Below, piece after piece: positions 1 to 10,328 of a DNA stretch of 64,000 nt; within the stretch, counting starts at the first letter, position 1; every line of letters starts with the position of its first letter. Below the pieces are notes generated by a model that was not told the origin of the DNA, did not search any database, and worked only from the letters and a program-made list of their open reading frames with translations. The stretch lies in assembly GCA_046726415.1 (NCBI GenBank), contig JBKPAK010000107.1, forward strand, positions 1,997 through 65,996, given 5' to 3'. This stretch comes from Candidatus Methylomirabilota bacterium. Lineage in GTDB: Bacteria; Methylomirabilota; Methylomirabilia; Rokubacteriales; CSP1-6. The position numbers were made by a program, and so were the translations under genes.

Positions 1-817
1 AGTTGCCGGATTCCTCGCGGCCGCCGTCCTTCTCGAAGGTGATCTGGGCGGCGGGGAGAAACTCGCGCACGATGTCGGCCAGCTCGCCGAGGCTCACCGG
101 GATCCCGCCGGAGTTGTAGAGGTCGTATTGCGGCGCGTCGGCCAGCAGCACCCGGGCAAAGACCTCCGCGATGTCCTCCACGTGAATGAGCAGACGCATG
201 AGGCCCTTCCGGGGCAGATGCACCGGCTTGCCGCGGGCCGCCTCAGTCATGAGCTGCACGTGATCGGTCGAGCCCCGAACCTTGTCCGGGCCGGTGACGT
301 TGGCCGGGCGCACCCCCGTGATCGACATCGCGTAGTTCTTGATGTACTTCCTCGCCTGGAACTCGTTGAAGATCTTGTGCACCGCGTACTGGCTGGTGCC
401 GTATGTCGCGTCGTCCTCGGTGGCCGGTCGGTCACCGAAGTGACTCTGTTGCCCGCTCACCGCGATCGAGCTGGCATACACCACGCGCCTGACGCCGCCC
501 AGGCGCGCGGCCTCGAAGCAGTTGTCCATCCCGAGGACATCGAGGCGCATGACTTGATGCGGGTTCCCCTCGCCCGCCCCGAGCCCATAGGCCAGATTGA
601 TGAGCCGATCCGGCTTCACCTCGAGCACGGTCCGCATCACGTCGCCGAACCGGGTGACGTCACCGCGGACCACCGTCGCCTGGCTCGGCATATCCGCAAA
701 CGGCGACGCCGTTCCTGGGTTCAGATCCATGCAGGCCACCGTTTCACCGCGCTCGATCAATCGCCGGATGAGCCGTGGACCGATGAACCCCGTACCGCCG
801 ATCACCAGCACCGCCAT
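1..817 (-). CDS. NAD-dependent epimerase/dehydratase family (SDR-fold) protein, C-terminus runs off window start
   Basis: Minus-strand translation from ATG (complement of 815-817) gives MAVLVIGGTGFIGPRLIRRL... with a Rossmann GxxGxxG motif. A strong RBS AAGGAGAG lies just upstream (complement of 820-830). No stop before position 1. Confidence 0.75.
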   Translation of the reverse strand, partial: MAVLVIGGTGFIGPRLIRRLIERGETVACMDLNPGTASPFADMPSQATVVRGDVTRFGDVMRTVLEVKPDRLINLAYGLGAGEGNPHQVMRLDVLGMDNCFEAARLGGVRRVVYASSIAVSGQQSHFGDRPATEDDATYGTSQYAVHKIFNEFQARKYIKNYAMSITGVRPANVTGPDKVRGSTDHVQLMTEAARGKPVHLPRKGLMRLLIHVEDIAEVFARVLLADAPQYDLYNSGGIPVSLGELADIVREFLPAAQITFEKDGGREESGN

Positions 818-889
818 GCCCACTCTCCTTTCCGGGGCGAGCGGAACCGTCGGCGGACCGCGCCCCTGCCCATCATCCGGATGTCGCGG

Positions 890-2017
890 TCAGGCGGGGA
901 GCCCGTAGTACGCCGCGCAATTGTCCCAGAGGATCTTGCTCTTGCTCTGCTCCGAGATCGGCAGCTGGAGGAACGACTCCACCGCCCGCGGGAACTTCGA
1001 GTCGCCGTGCGGAAAATCGGTCGAGAAGACGATCCGGTCATCGCCGATGGCCTCGATGACGTGTTTCACCGGCTCTTCGTCGCACTCCACCGACACGAAG
1101 CACTGCCGCTTGAAGTACGCGCTGGGGGCCATCGTCAGCTCTCGGGCATAGACATCGCCCAGCCACTCCCAGTGCTCGTCCATGCGCCAGAGCAGGAAGG
1201 GCGCCCAGCTGCAGTTGCCTTCGAGAAACGCCACGCGCAGTCTCGGATGGCGCTCCAGGATGCCGCCCGCGCAGAAGGCACCCACGGCGAGCATCTGCTC
1301 GACCGGATGGGAATATACGTGCTTCAGCAGCGTGTTGGCGCCGAACTGCTCCCCGACCTGCCGCAGCTGGGAGCCCGACCCCTCGTGGAATCCCAGGGGA
1401 ACTTCGAGCTCCTCGAGGGTGGCCCAGAGCGGCTCGTAGTAGGGATCGTGCCAGTTCCGACCGTTGACCTCGTTCGGCCGCAGGAACACACCTCGGAAGC
1501 CGAACTCCCTCACGCACCGCCGGGCCTCCGCCACGGCATCGTCGACGTCGAACGGAGAGATCATACCGGCGCCGAGCAAGCGCCCGGGATTCTCCTGGCA
1601 AAACTCGTGGAGCCAGTCGTTGTACGCGCGCGCCATCGCGGCGGCCAGTCGCGGGTCCATGTCCGGAATGGTCAGAGCGAACAGCCCACGCGAGGGGTAG
1701 ACCACAGCGACGTCGATGCCCTCGATGTCCATCGCCTCGAGCTGGACCTTGGACGTCCACCCCCGTTCCTGGAAGGGCCGCCAGCGCTCCTGATTGAGGG
1801 CGTAGTTGCGCCCCTGACGCCGGCGGCTGCGATCCGCGTCGCTGGCCACTCGGCCCCAGGCTTTGCCGTCGAGGGCGAGGCGCAGGTCGCCGGCGTCCTC
1901 CGTGAGGCCGAACGGAGCGCGGTCCCGGAAGGCCGGATCGATGTACCGTGGCCACAGGTCGGGTGGCTCGATGATGTGGATGTCGCTGTCGAGGACCTTG
2001 AAATTGCCGTGCGCCAT
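890..2017 (-). CDS. amidohydrolase-2 family metal-dependent hydrolase (ACMSD/LigJ-like)
   Basis: 375-aa ORF MAHGNFKVLDSDIHIIEPPDLW...; full-length for PF04909-type amidohydrolases; strong GC3 bias. About 60% identical by eye to the paralogue at 36513-37622. Confidence 0.85.
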   Translation of the reverse strand: MAHGNFKVLDSDIHIIEPPDLWPRYIDPAFRDRAPFGLTEDAGDLRLALDGKAWGRVASDADRSRRRQGRNYALNQERWRPFQERGWTSKVQLEAMDIEGIDVAVVYPSRGLFALTIPDMDPRLAAAMARAYNDWLHEFCQENPGRLLGAGMISPFDVDDAVAEARRCVREFGFRGVFLRPNEVNGRNWHDPYYEPLWATLEELEVPLGFHEGSGSQLRQVGEQFGANTLLKHVYSHPVEQMLAVGAFCAGGILERHPRLRVAFLEGNCSWAPFLLWRMDEHWEWLGDVYARELTMAPSAYFKRQCFVSVECDEEPVKHVIEAIGDDRIVFSTDFPHGDSKFPRAVESFLQLPISEQSKSKILWDNCAAYYGLPA

Positions 2018-2226
2018 GTCCTACCTCCCTGAGCGATTGCGCGTGGTGACCACGGCGAGCCTGGTGAAGGAGAGCGCGTCCAGCCAATCCGCGTCCGACT
2101 CGTTCGGTGGGGCAACCGTACGTCCGTGCGCCTCCGTTGTCAAAGGCGTCGAATCCGGCATGGATTTGGCGCGCGGGCAGCGCTACGATTTCCCCGGGTC
2201 GCACAAGTCTCGGAGGAGGCGCAGTC

Positions 2227-3513
2227 ATGGCGGACAGCATCGGCCGCATCAACGGCGAACCGCGCCACGCTGAGAGCACGGTGAATGAGGCCTACGGTGC
2301 CTCTCAGATCGGCCCCTTCGACTACTGCCCGAAGTTGGGGTTCCGCGAGTACTGGTACCCCGGCCTCGAGGCGCGCCAGGTGCGCGCCAAACCCGTGTAC
2401 CTGAAGATGCTCGGTGACGATCTCGTCTTCTTTCGCGACAAGGCGGGACGGGTCGCTGTCCTGAGCGACTGGTGTCCGCACCGAGGGGCGCGCCTGTCGC
2501 TGGGCGCGTGTGAGTTCAAAGGCACCGTGACCTGCCCGTACCACGGCTACACCTTTGACGGCACCGGGCAGTGCGTGGCCGGCCTCATCGAGCGTCCGGA
2601 CTCGCCCTTTACCGCCAAGCTGCGCGCCCGCGCCTATCCGACCGAAGAGCGGATGGGCATCGTCTTCGTGTGGATGGGCGAGACGCCGCCGGTGCCCCTC
2701 GACGATGATCTGCCGGCGGAGCTGTCCGACCCGGAACTCACCGGCCGCCGCTATACCCGCGTGAAGGTGTGGGAAGCGAACTGGACCGAGCCGATGGCGC
2801 AGGGCATCGACTTCCACGAGTTCTACCTCCACCGGGGGACCAACTTCTGGCGCTTGGTCAATTTCCGGCTCGGGTTCTTTCGCGCCAAGCCCGTCTACAC
2901 CGGTGGCGTGAAGATCACGAGCGAGGGCGAGACCTGGGTGAACGCGGCCTGGGCCGCACCGCACTTCGGTCAGGCCTACTATCCCGGCCTCGGTGCGACG
3001 TGGCCGCGGCACGCGTGGTGGCGCCGCCTCCCCGGCGGTCTGCGCTTCCGTGGGGGCGAGCCGCCGCTGCCGCGCTACCGCGGCGTCCAGCACAACGTCG
3101 AACTGCCGAGCAAAATCCGAGTGATGATCGGCGCCAGCATTCACCTCCGCTGGATGGTGCCCGTCACCGAGCACGAAACCCGCGTGTGGACATTCACCGT
3201 CGTGCGACGGCCGCGAACGGTGCTGCTGGCGGCGTGGCAAGCGCTGTGGTACTACGGCTACCGGAAGCCGGCCGTCATCGTGGCCACCAATGAGAAGGAA
3301 GATCTGGTCGTGTTCAAGCGCGACCGGCTCAATCTGGAGGCACCCCAGAAGCTCGGTCCGCTGGACGTGGGGCTGATCTACTTCCGTCGCCACCTGGCCC
3401 AGCGGGCGCGGGACTATCAGCGTCTCGGGGTCGCCCGTGGCGCCCTCAAGCCGTTGCCGCGCTCGACGGCGGAACAACAGCGGCGCGAGGGAGTAGGGGT
3501 CTCCCCGGGCTGA
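2227..3513 (+). CDS. Rieske [2Fe-2S] non-heme iron oxygenase, alpha-subunit-like
   Basis: Rieske motifs CPHRG...CPYHG present. RBS GGAGGAGG is 6 nt before ATG 2227 (start MADSIGR); the ORF-track start at 2107 is a likely upstream extension. Confidence 0.8.
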   Translation: MADSIGRINGEPRHAESTVNEAYGASQIGPFDYCPKLGFREYWYPGLEARQVRAKPVYLKMLGDDLVFFRDKAGRVAVLSDWCPHRGARLSLGACEFKGTVTCPYHGYTFDGTGQCVAGLIERPDSPFTAKLRARAYPTEERMGIVFVWMGETPPVPLDDDLPAELSDPELTGRRYTRVKVWEANWTEPMAQGIDFHEFYLHRGTNFWRLVNFRLGFFRAKPVYTGGVKITSEGETWVNAAWAAPHFGQAYYPGLGATWPRHAWWRRLPGGLRFRGGEPPLPRYRGVQHNVELPSKIRVMIGASIHLRWMVPVTEHETRVWTFTVVRRPRTVLLAAWQALWYYGYRKPAVIVATNEKEDLVVFKRDRLNLEAPQKLGPLDVGLIYFRRHLAQRARDYQRLGVARGALKPLPRSTAEQQRREGVGVSPG

Positions 3514-3662
3514 GGCCACCGTCGGGCCCCGCCTTTTGACCGGGGGGTCGGGCACCGGTCTCCGGCGGTGAGATCGGCCTTGAACTCGGACGAGGCCCAT
3601 GGCACGTTGACGCCACCCTCCGGCCTACCGTCCACGGGAGGGGGGGACCTCCAGCGGGTCGG

Positions 3663-3722
3663 ATCACGCAGCGGTGGAGCTTCACCGTAGTCATCACGTA
3701 GCGGTCGAGCATCACCGTAGTA
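3663..3722. repeat. tandem direct repeat, 2 x 30 bp (26/30 identical), intergenic, 60 bp upstream of the ABC operon
   Basis: 3663-3692 ATCACGCAGCGGTGGAGCTTCACCGTAGTC is followed immediately by 3693-3722 ATCACGTAGCGGTCGAGCATCACCGTAGTA. Confidence 0.8.
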
Positions 3723-3784
3723 CCCTGGCGGTTGCAACGCGCAATAGGGTTGGCGAGCGATGTCCTCCAATGGGGGAGGGCCCG

Positions 3785-4705
3785 ATGCAGCGGTACGTGG
3801 CGAAGCGTTTTCTACAGTCCCTACTGGCCATATGGGTCATGAGCCTCGCCGTGTTCAGTCTGGCCCGCGTCACCGGCAACCCGCTCGATGTGATGTTGCC
3901 GCTGGAGGCAGGGCCCGAGGAGTACGAACGGGTCTCGAAGCACTGGGGACTGGATAAGCCGCTCTACACCCAGTACTTCATCTTCCTCAGCAAGGCCGTG
4001 CGCGGCGACTTCGGGAATTCCTGGAAGTGGCACGGCCACTCGGCCATGGGCTTGGTGTGGCAACGCTTGCCGGCGACCCTCCAGCTGGCCGGCTTCGCTC
4101 TGGTCATCAGCGCCCTCATTGCGTTGCCCATCGGTGTGCTGGCCGCCGTCATGAAAGGCACCGGCTGGGACTCCGGCGCGAAGATCATCGCCCTGCTCGG
4201 CCAGTCCTTGCCCCCCTTCTGGTTGGGGATCGTGCTGATGTGGATCTTCGCGGTGCACCTGGGGTGGTTCCCGACCTCGGGTCGAGGGGGGATCCAGTAC
4301 ATGATCCTCCCCGCCATCACGCTCGGTTGGTTCCAGGTTGCCGTCGTCATGCGGCTGCTCCGGTCGTCCATGCTGGATGTACTGGACAGCGAGTTCGTGA
4401 AGTTGACCCGCATCAAGGGGCTCGCCGAGTGGAAGGTGATCTGGAAGCACTGTTTGCGCAACGCGGCGATCGCCCCCCTGACCGTCTTCGCGATCATCGC
4501 CGGTGGCCTGATGACCGGGGCGGTGGTGACCGAAAGCGTATTCTCCTGGCCGGGAACCGGGTTGCTGGCGGTGGATGCCGTGCGGGCCCGGGACTTCCAG
4601 GTCGTCCAGGCCGTGGTGATCGTCTTTGCCACGATCTACATTCTGACCAATCTGGCGGTCGACATCCTCTACGCCTATCTCGATCCACGCATCCGGTATC
4701 AGTAG
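3785..4705 (+). CDS. ABC transporter permease (peptide/nickel family, DppB/OppB-like)
   Basis: [26 protein letters not shown]... is the typical DppB N-terminus with multiple TM segments; ATG at 3785. Confidence 0.85.
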   Translation: MQRYVAKRFLQSLLAIWVMSLAVFSLARVTGNPLDVMLPLEAGPEEYERVSKHWGLDKPLYTQYFIFLSKAVRGDFGNSWKWHGHSAMGLVWQRLPATLQLAGFALVISALIALPIGVLAAVMKGTGWDSGAKIIALLGQSLPPFWLGIVLMWIFAVHLGWFPTSGRGGIQYMILPAITLGWFQVAVVMRLLRSSMLDVLDSEFVKLTRIKGLAEWKVIWKHCLRNAAIAPLTVFAIIAGGLMTGAVVTESVFSWPGTGLLAVDAVRARDFQVVQAVVIVFATIYILTNLAVDILYAYLDPRIRYQ

Positions 4706-4737
4706 GGGAGATCAGCGAGCGAGAAAGGGGCTGGATT

Positions 4738-5634
4738 ATGGCAACGGTGACAGCGAGAACGCTTCCCTGGTATGCGCCGCCCAGGGTTGCGCGGGCGATG
4801 CGTCAAGCCAAACGGTATCCCGTGGTGCCGCTGATCCTGCTCACGTTCCTCCTCGTGATCCCCGCGGTGTTCGCGCCGCTGGTCGCGCCGTACGACCCGT
4901 TGAAGGGGTCGCTGGGCAATCGGCTGAAGCCACCGGTCTGGCAGGAGGGTGGCTCCATCAACTATCCTCTGGGGACCGACAAGCTCGGACGTGACATCCT
5001 GAGCCGGATCATCTACGGCGCCCGGGTGTCGCTCATGGTGTCCCTGGCGGCGATCGTCGTCGGTGGCATCGTGGGCACCGCCCTGGGGCTGATGTCGGGG
5101 TACTTCGGAGGTCGAGTGGACGCGGTGATCATGCGTCTGGTGGACATCTCGCTGTCCTTTCCCACAATTCTGGTGGCGCTGGTGCTGGTTGCGGCGATCG
5201 GCCCCAGTTTCGGGACGGTGATCACCGTCGTGGTGGTGTTCTTGTGGGCGCGCTACGCCAGGCTGGTCCGCGGGGAGACCCTGAGCATCAAGGAGCGGGA
5301 TTTCATCGCGAGGGCCCGGGTGGCCGGCGCCTCCCACACCCGCATCATGAGTCGCTACATCTTCCCCAACGTCGTCAACTCCCTGGTCGTCCTGGCCACG
5401 CTCCAGGTGGGATATGTCATTCTGCTCGAGTCCACGCTGAGCTTCCTGGGGGCGGGGCTTCCCCGTCCCACCCCGGCGTGGGGACTCATGATCGCGGATG
5501 GGCGAGAGCTGATCGTCACCGCCTGGTGGGTCTCAATGTTCCCCGGCCTGGCGATCATGTTGACGGTGCTCGCCCTCAATCTGTTAGGAGACTGGCTCCG
5601 GGATCACCTGGACCCCAAGCTCAGGAACGTGTAA
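4738..5634 (+). CDS. ABC transporter permease (DppC/OppC-like)
   Basis: [15 protein letters not shown]... with a [21 protein letters not shown] motif typical of DppC; starts 33 nt after the previous stop. Confidence 0.85.
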   Translation: MATVTARTLPWYAPPRVARAMRQAKRYPVVPLILLTFLLVIPAVFAPLVAPYDPLKGSLGNRLKPPVWQEGGSINYPLGTDKLGRDILSRIIYGARVSLMVSLAAIVVGGIVGTALGLMSGYFGGRVDAVIMRLVDISLSFPTILVALVLVAAIGPSFGTVITVVVVFLWARYARLVRGETLSIKERDFIARARVAGASHTRIMSRYIFPNVVNSLVVLATLQVGYVILLESTLSFLGAGLPRPTPAWGLMIADGRELIVTAWWVSMFPGLAIMLTVLALNLLGDWLRDHLDPKLRNV

Positions 5635-5751
5635 GAGCGAGGCGGCGGTGAGGAGCGCCGGGGATCCCCCGGGGCGCTTCGAACGTTGGGGGACTGGAGG
5701 CATATCAGGGCCTTCGGCATGGATGGAACGTAGATACCGAGGAGGTGCTCG

Positions 5752-7383
5752 ATGAGATGCGACCCGTTGTCGCGGCTCCCGCTGAAGAGGCTCGCTTCCC
5801 TGGCGTTGCTGGCGGCGCTGGCATCGATCGTGGCGGCCACGGTGGCCCCCGGATCGGCTCAGGAGGCGAAGACCCAGAAGCTGGTATTCGCCTCGGCCGG
5901 CTTTGATGAGAGTAACCGCTTCTGGACCATTGCCCGCCCCGACCATCTTCAGTACGACCCGTTCTTGGAAACCTTGCTCGATGTGGATCCCAAGACCGGT
6001 GAGTATATTCCCCGTCTGGCGGAGAAGTGGCAGCCCAGCGCCGACTACAAGGAATGGACGTTCTTTTTGCGCAAGGGCGTGCCGTTCCACTTCGGGTACG
6101 GCCAGTTCACGGCCAAAGACGTCGTCCACTCCCACGCGTTCATGCTGCGCACGGAGGCGACGGCGACTCTGGCCCCGTTCTGGCGCAATGTCGAGGAAGT
6201 GAAGATCATCAACGACCACCAGGTCGTGTTCCGCATGAAGCGTCCGTCGACCACTATGCCGTACGCGGCATCCCGCGCCGGCGATCTCCGGATCGTCAGC
6301 AAGGCGCAGTGGGACAAGGAAGGGATCGAGGGACTCGACAAGCGGCCGGCGGGTACTGGCTCCTATCGGTATGTCGGGCGGAGCCCCGGGCTGTCCATCA
6401 CCTTCGAGCGAGTGGACAACCACTGGCGCGGCGAGAAGCCGGCCTTTAAGGAGCTGGAGTTCCGGCTGGCCCGCGAAGAGGCGACGCGGCTCGCATTGGT
6501 GCTGTCCGGCGAGGCCCACATCGCCGACCTGCCCCGCGAACTGCAGAAGGACGCTCTCAAGAAGGGCATGAGGATCTTCTCGTCGTCGTTCTCCGTGGAC
6601 TGGATGACGGTGTACCTGGGCGGCCAGTACTACTTACCCGGGGACCCGGCCTTCAAGCCCGATGTGGCCTGGACCAAGAAGCCGGTGCGGCAGGCTCTGA
6701 ACATGGCGGTCAACCGGAAGGAGCTCCTCAACACGGTGTTTGCCGGCAAGGGGACCCTCACGTACGTGACCGGCTGGACCGAGAAGTCAGAAGGCTGGAA
6801 CCCGGAGTGGCCCCACCGGTTCGATCAGATGTACGGCTACAACCCCGCGAAGGCCAAGGCCCTCCTGAAAGAGGCCGGCTACGGCCCAGGGGCTCTCAAG
6901 TTCAAGATCCTGGCCTTCACCGAACCCGGGGAGTCGGAGGGCCCGCAGGTCGCCGAGGCCCTGGGCATCTACTACAAGGACGTGGGCATCGAGACCGAGA
7001 TCGAGGTCCTCGACTGGGCCAAAGTGCGCGAGATGTTCCGCAAGAAGACGATCCAGTGCTGCATCTGGCCGAACATCATCTCCTGGAGGCCCTCGGAGGA
7101 GTGGATCCGGACCAGCTACTGGAGCAAGAGCGCGGGACACAACTACGAGAACGAGTTCATCGACAAGACCTACAACGCGCTGACCCTGGCCGTGGACCCC
7201 AAGGAGCGCCAGCGTCTGGCCCGGGCGATCGGCGACCATCTCTTCGATGAGTTCGCAGACATCCCGCTCTTCTGGTTCAGAAACGAGGTCATCGCCAACC
7301 CCAAGGTGGTCGGCGAGTGGGTTTACCCGGGCATCGCCGCCGGGCGGTCGACCCACTTCCATCTCATCAAGGCCGCGAAGTAA
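5752..7383 (+). CDS. ABC transporter substrate-binding protein, family 5 (peptide/nickel/opine type)
   Basis: 543 aa with N-terminal signal peptide LASLALLAALASIVAATVAPGSAQ; RBS GAGGAGG before ATG 5752. Confidence 0.85.
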   Translation: MRCDPLSRLPLKRLASLALLAALASIVAATVAPGSAQEAKTQKLVFASAGFDESNRFWTIARPDHLQYDPFLETLLDVDPKTGEYIPRLAEKWQPSADYKEWTFFLRKGVPFHFGYGQFTAKDVVHSHAFMLRTEATATLAPFWRNVEEVKIINDHQVVFRMKRPSTTMPYAASRAGDLRIVSKAQWDKEGIEGLDKRPAGTGSYRYVGRSPGLSITFERVDNHWRGEKPAFKELEFRLAREEATRLALVLSGEAHIADLPRELQKDALKKGMRIFSSSFSVDWMTVYLGGQYYLPGDPAFKPDVAWTKKPVRQALNMAVNRKELLNTVFAGKGTLTYVTGWTEKSEGWNPEWPHRFDQMYGYNPAKAKALLKEAGYGPGALKFKILAFTEPGESEGPQVAEALGIYYKDVGIETEIEVLDWAKVREMFRKKTIQCCIWPNIISWRPSEEWIRTSYWSKSAGHNYENEFIDKTYNALTLAVDPKERQRLARAIGDHLFDEFADIPLFWFRNEVIANPKVVGEWVYPGIAAGRSTHFHLIKAAK

Positions 7384-7507
7384 CGCGAGGGCATAGAACG
7401 CACAGTCGGCCCTCCCAACCTCGCGCAGACTCGAGGGGTGCCCCAGCCGCGCTGGGGCACCTCGAGCGCCCGGGGGCTTGGGGGGCCCTTTCGAGGCCCC
7501 CCATACT

Positions 7508-8497
7508 ATGAGACGAATCGGCGACGTCATCCTGGAAGTCGAGGACCTTCACACCTACTGCTTCAGCCGCTGGGGGGTCGTGAAGGCCGTGGACGGCGTG
7601 AGCTTCTCCCTGCGCTCGGGAGAAGCGTTGGGGATCGTGGGCGAGTCGGGGTGCGGGAAGACCATGACCGCCCTGTCCTTGTTGAGGCTGGTGCCCCGGC
7701 CCGCCGCCCGGATCGTCAAGGGAACCATCCGGCTCGAAGGAGAAAACCTCCTCGAGAAGAGCGAGCGCGAGATGCGCAACATACGGGGCCGGCGCATCTC
7801 CATGATCCTTCAAGATCCGCAGACCTCCCTCAATCCGGTCTTCACCATCGGCAACCAGTTGATCGAAGCCATCAAGATCCACCATCACGACGGTCGCCGC
7901 TCGCTGGTGCAGCGGGCGATCGATAGTTTGAAGCAGGTGCGGGTGGCAGCCCCCGAGCGCCGGGCGCGAGACTACCCCCACCAGATGAGTGGCGGGATGA
8001 AGCAGCGCGTGGTGGGCGCCATCGCCATCTCCTGCGAGCCGCACGTCATCATCGCCGATGAGCCCACGACCTCCCTGGACGTGACCATCCAGGCGCAATA
8101 CTTGCGCCTGCTCCGCGAGATCCAGGAAGAGACCAATCTCTCGCTGATCTTCATCACGCACGACTTCGGCATCGTGGCCAAGATGTGCGACCGGGTCATG
8201 GTCATGTATGCCGGCCGGGTCGTCGAGACCGGACCGGTGCGCGATATTTTCAATCGCCCGTCCCATCCGTATACCCAGGCCCTGTTGAGCTCGGTGCCCA
8301 GCATGGACGAGGACGTCGAGCGGCTCTATTCGATCAGCGGCCAGCCTCCCCCGCTCTGGGACGTGCCGCCCGGGTGCAGTTTTGCCGCCCGCTGCCCCTA
8401 TGCCGAGGATCGTTGCCGGCGCGACTATCCTCCGTCGTTCACGGTGGCCGACGGCCATACCGCCAACTGCTGGAGGCTGGAACGCGAATGGACGTGA
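7508..8497 (+). CDS. ABC transporter ATP-binding protein (DppD/OppD-like)
   Basis: Walker A GESGCGKT, signature SGGMKQR, Walker B IIADEPTTSLD; start taken at MRRIGDVILEVEDL (ATG 7508). Confidence 0.85.
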   Translation: MRRIGDVILEVEDLHTYCFSRWGVVKAVDGVSFSLRSGEALGIVGESGCGKTMTALSLLRLVPRPAARIVKGTIRLEGENLLEKSEREMRNIRGRRISMILQDPQTSLNPVFTIGNQLIEAIKIHHHDGRRSLVQRAIDSLKQVRVAAPERRARDYPHQMSGGMKQRVVGAIAISCEPHVIIADEPTTSLDVTIQAQYLRLLREIQEETNLSLIFITHDFGIVAKMCDRVMVMYAGRVVETGPVRDIFNRPSHPYTQALLSSVPSMDEDVERLYSISGQPPPLWDVPPGCSFAARCPYAEDRCRRDYPPSFTVADGHTANCWRLEREWT

Positions 8498-9459
8498 AGC
8501 CCGTCCTCGAGGCCCAGGGGCTGAAGAAGCACTTTCCCGTCACCGAGGGCGTGCTCTGGATGACCGTCGTCGGATGGGTCAAGGCGGTGGATGGCATCAG
8601 CTTCTCGATCCGGCAGGGCGAGACGCTCGCCCTGGTGGGCGAGTCGGGCTGTGGCAAGACCACCACGGCCAAGCTTATCCTGCGCCTGGAGCAGCCGACC
8701 GCGGGCCAGGTGTTCGTCGATGGGAACGACGTCCATGCGTTGACCAGTGATGCCCTGAGGGAGTACCGGACGACGGTCCAGGCGGTCTTCCAGGACCCCT
8801 GGTCCTCCCTAAGCCCTCGCATGCGGGTGCGGGACATCGTGGCGGAGCCGCTGGTGATCAACCGGCAGGTGTCCTCACACGTTGTCAAAGAGCGGGTCGC
8901 AGAGATTCTCGAGCGCGTCGGCCTGCGCCCCCAGCAGGCCGACCTCTACCCGCACGAGTTCAGCGGTGGGCAGCGCCAGCGCATCGCCGTGGCCAGCGCC
9001 CTGGTATCGAGCCCGAAGCTCATCATCCTGGACGAGCCGGTCTCGGCCCTGGATGTGTCCATCCGGGCGCAGATCATGAACCTGCTCGTGGATCTCCAGA
9101 AGCAGTACCAGGTGAGCTATCTGCTCATCGCCCACCACCTGGCGACGACCCGTTACATGGCCCACGAGGTAGCGGTCATGTACCTGGGCAAGATCGTGGA
9201 ACGGACCAGGACGAAGGAGCTGTTCAAGAACCCGCTGCACCCGTACACCAAGGCGCTCTTCTCGGCCGCGCTGCCGGCCCACCCTGACGTCGCACGCGAC
9301 GAGATTATCCTTCCGGGAGAAGTCCCATCCCCGATCAACCCACCCTCGGGGTGCCGCTTCCATCCCCGCTGTCCCTTCGCCATGCCCCAGTGCGCGGAGG
9401 TCGAGCCGGAGGAAAGGGAGATCTCGCCCGATCACATGGTTGCCTGTCACCTCTACTAG
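8488..9459 (+). CDS. ABC transporter ATP-binding protein (DppF/OppF-like)
   Basis: MDVKPVLEAQGLKKHF..., Walker A GESGCGKTT, signature FSGGQRQR, Walker B LIILDEPVSALD; 10-nt overlap with the upstream ATPase suggests translational coupling. Confidence 0.85.
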   Translation: MDVKPVLEAQGLKKHFPVTEGVLWMTVVGWVKAVDGISFSIRQGETLALVGESGCGKTTTAKLILRLEQPTAGQVFVDGNDVHALTSDALREYRTTVQAVFQDPWSSLSPRMRVRDIVAEPLVINRQVSSHVVKERVAEILERVGLRPQQADLYPHEFSGGQRQRIAVASALVSSPKLIILDEPVSALDVSIRAQIMNLLVDLQKQYQVSYLLIAHHLATTRYMAHEVAVMYLGKIVERTRTKELFKNPLHPYTKALFSAALPAHPDVARDEIILPGEVPSPINPPSGCRFHPRCPFAMPQCAEVEPEEREISPDHMVACHLY

Positions 9460-9515
9460 CTCCGACCGTTGTAGCTGCTGCGCCCGGCGCCATTCTTGCA
9501 GTCCACAAGCTCACG

Positions 9516-10292
9516 ATGCGCCGACTAGCCACGGCCTTCATCCTTTCCTGGGCGACCTGGCTGGCCGTGCCAGCGGGGGCCGAACCCATCGCCGTGCGAT
9601 GGACCGAAGGTCCCACCTACGGCCTCGTCGCCTTGTCGTCCTTCGGGGGAGAGGTCCTGGCGGATGGTGAGCTGATCCAAACGGTCAAACGGCACAGCGT
9701 CGAGAGCCGACTGACTTTCCGCTTCAAGGATGGTTCGCTCCACGATGAGGTCGTGGTGTTCACCCAAGACAAGGTGTTTCGCCTCGTCTCGTACCGACTC
9801 ACCCAGCGAGGCCCAACGTTCCCGGACGACATGGAGGTCGCGTTCGACCGGGGCAGCGGCCACTATCAGGTGCGCTACCGGGAGCACGCGAAGGACAAGG
9901 ACGAGCGTCACGAGGGACGCGTGGAAATGCCGGCCGACCTCTACAACGGGATGGGCTCGCTCTTGATTCGCCACCTCTCCGGCCGCCGAGGGTCGGGGCA
10001 TCTGCTCGCCTTCTCACCAAAGCCTCGGTTTCTCCGTCTGGAGCTGATTCCCGCTGGGGAGAATGCGTTTCTCGTCGGCAGTGTGGCGCGTTCCGCCACT
10101 CGCTACCTGATGAAGCTCGAGGTTCCCGGGCTCATGGGTGCCCTGGCCACCGTGGCCGGTAAGGACCCGCCCGATGTCCACTACTGGATTTCGAACGCCG
10201 CCCCAGCCTTCCTGAAGTTCGAGGGATCGATGTTCCTCAATGGCCCTATCTGGCGCATCCCGCACGCTGGAGCCAGTGAAAGCGCGGGCGTT
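9516..10292 (+). CDS. hypothetical secreted protein (signal peptide), 3-prime end uncertain
   Basis: Signal peptide MRRLATAFILSWATWLAVPAGAEP with good GC3 to about 10290. The frame has no stop until 10784, GC3 bias collapses after about 10290, and the tail is antisense to the convergent gene 10329-10721. Confidence 0.5.
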
Positions 10293-10328
10293 TCGGCGGC
10301 TAGCGGCTACCGATTCTCGCGCCGCCGG

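Noticed and set aside
128-2032. 634-aa plus-strand ORF spanning the start of the window
   Set aside because: It is antisense to two well-supported minus-strand genes (epimerase and amidohydrolase). It has Ala/Arg/Gly/Pro-rich low-complexity translation and weak third-position bias, the classic shadow ORF of high-GC DNA.
3521-3556. Possible rho-independent terminator after the Rieske gene (GGGCCCCGCCTTTTGACCGGGGGG)
   Set aside because: The stem is only about 5 bp with imperfect complementarity and no T-tract follows; not convincing.
2140-3600. 486-aa minus-strand ORF
   Set aside because: Antisense to the Rieske oxygenase; no domain-like sequence; out-of-phase codon bias.
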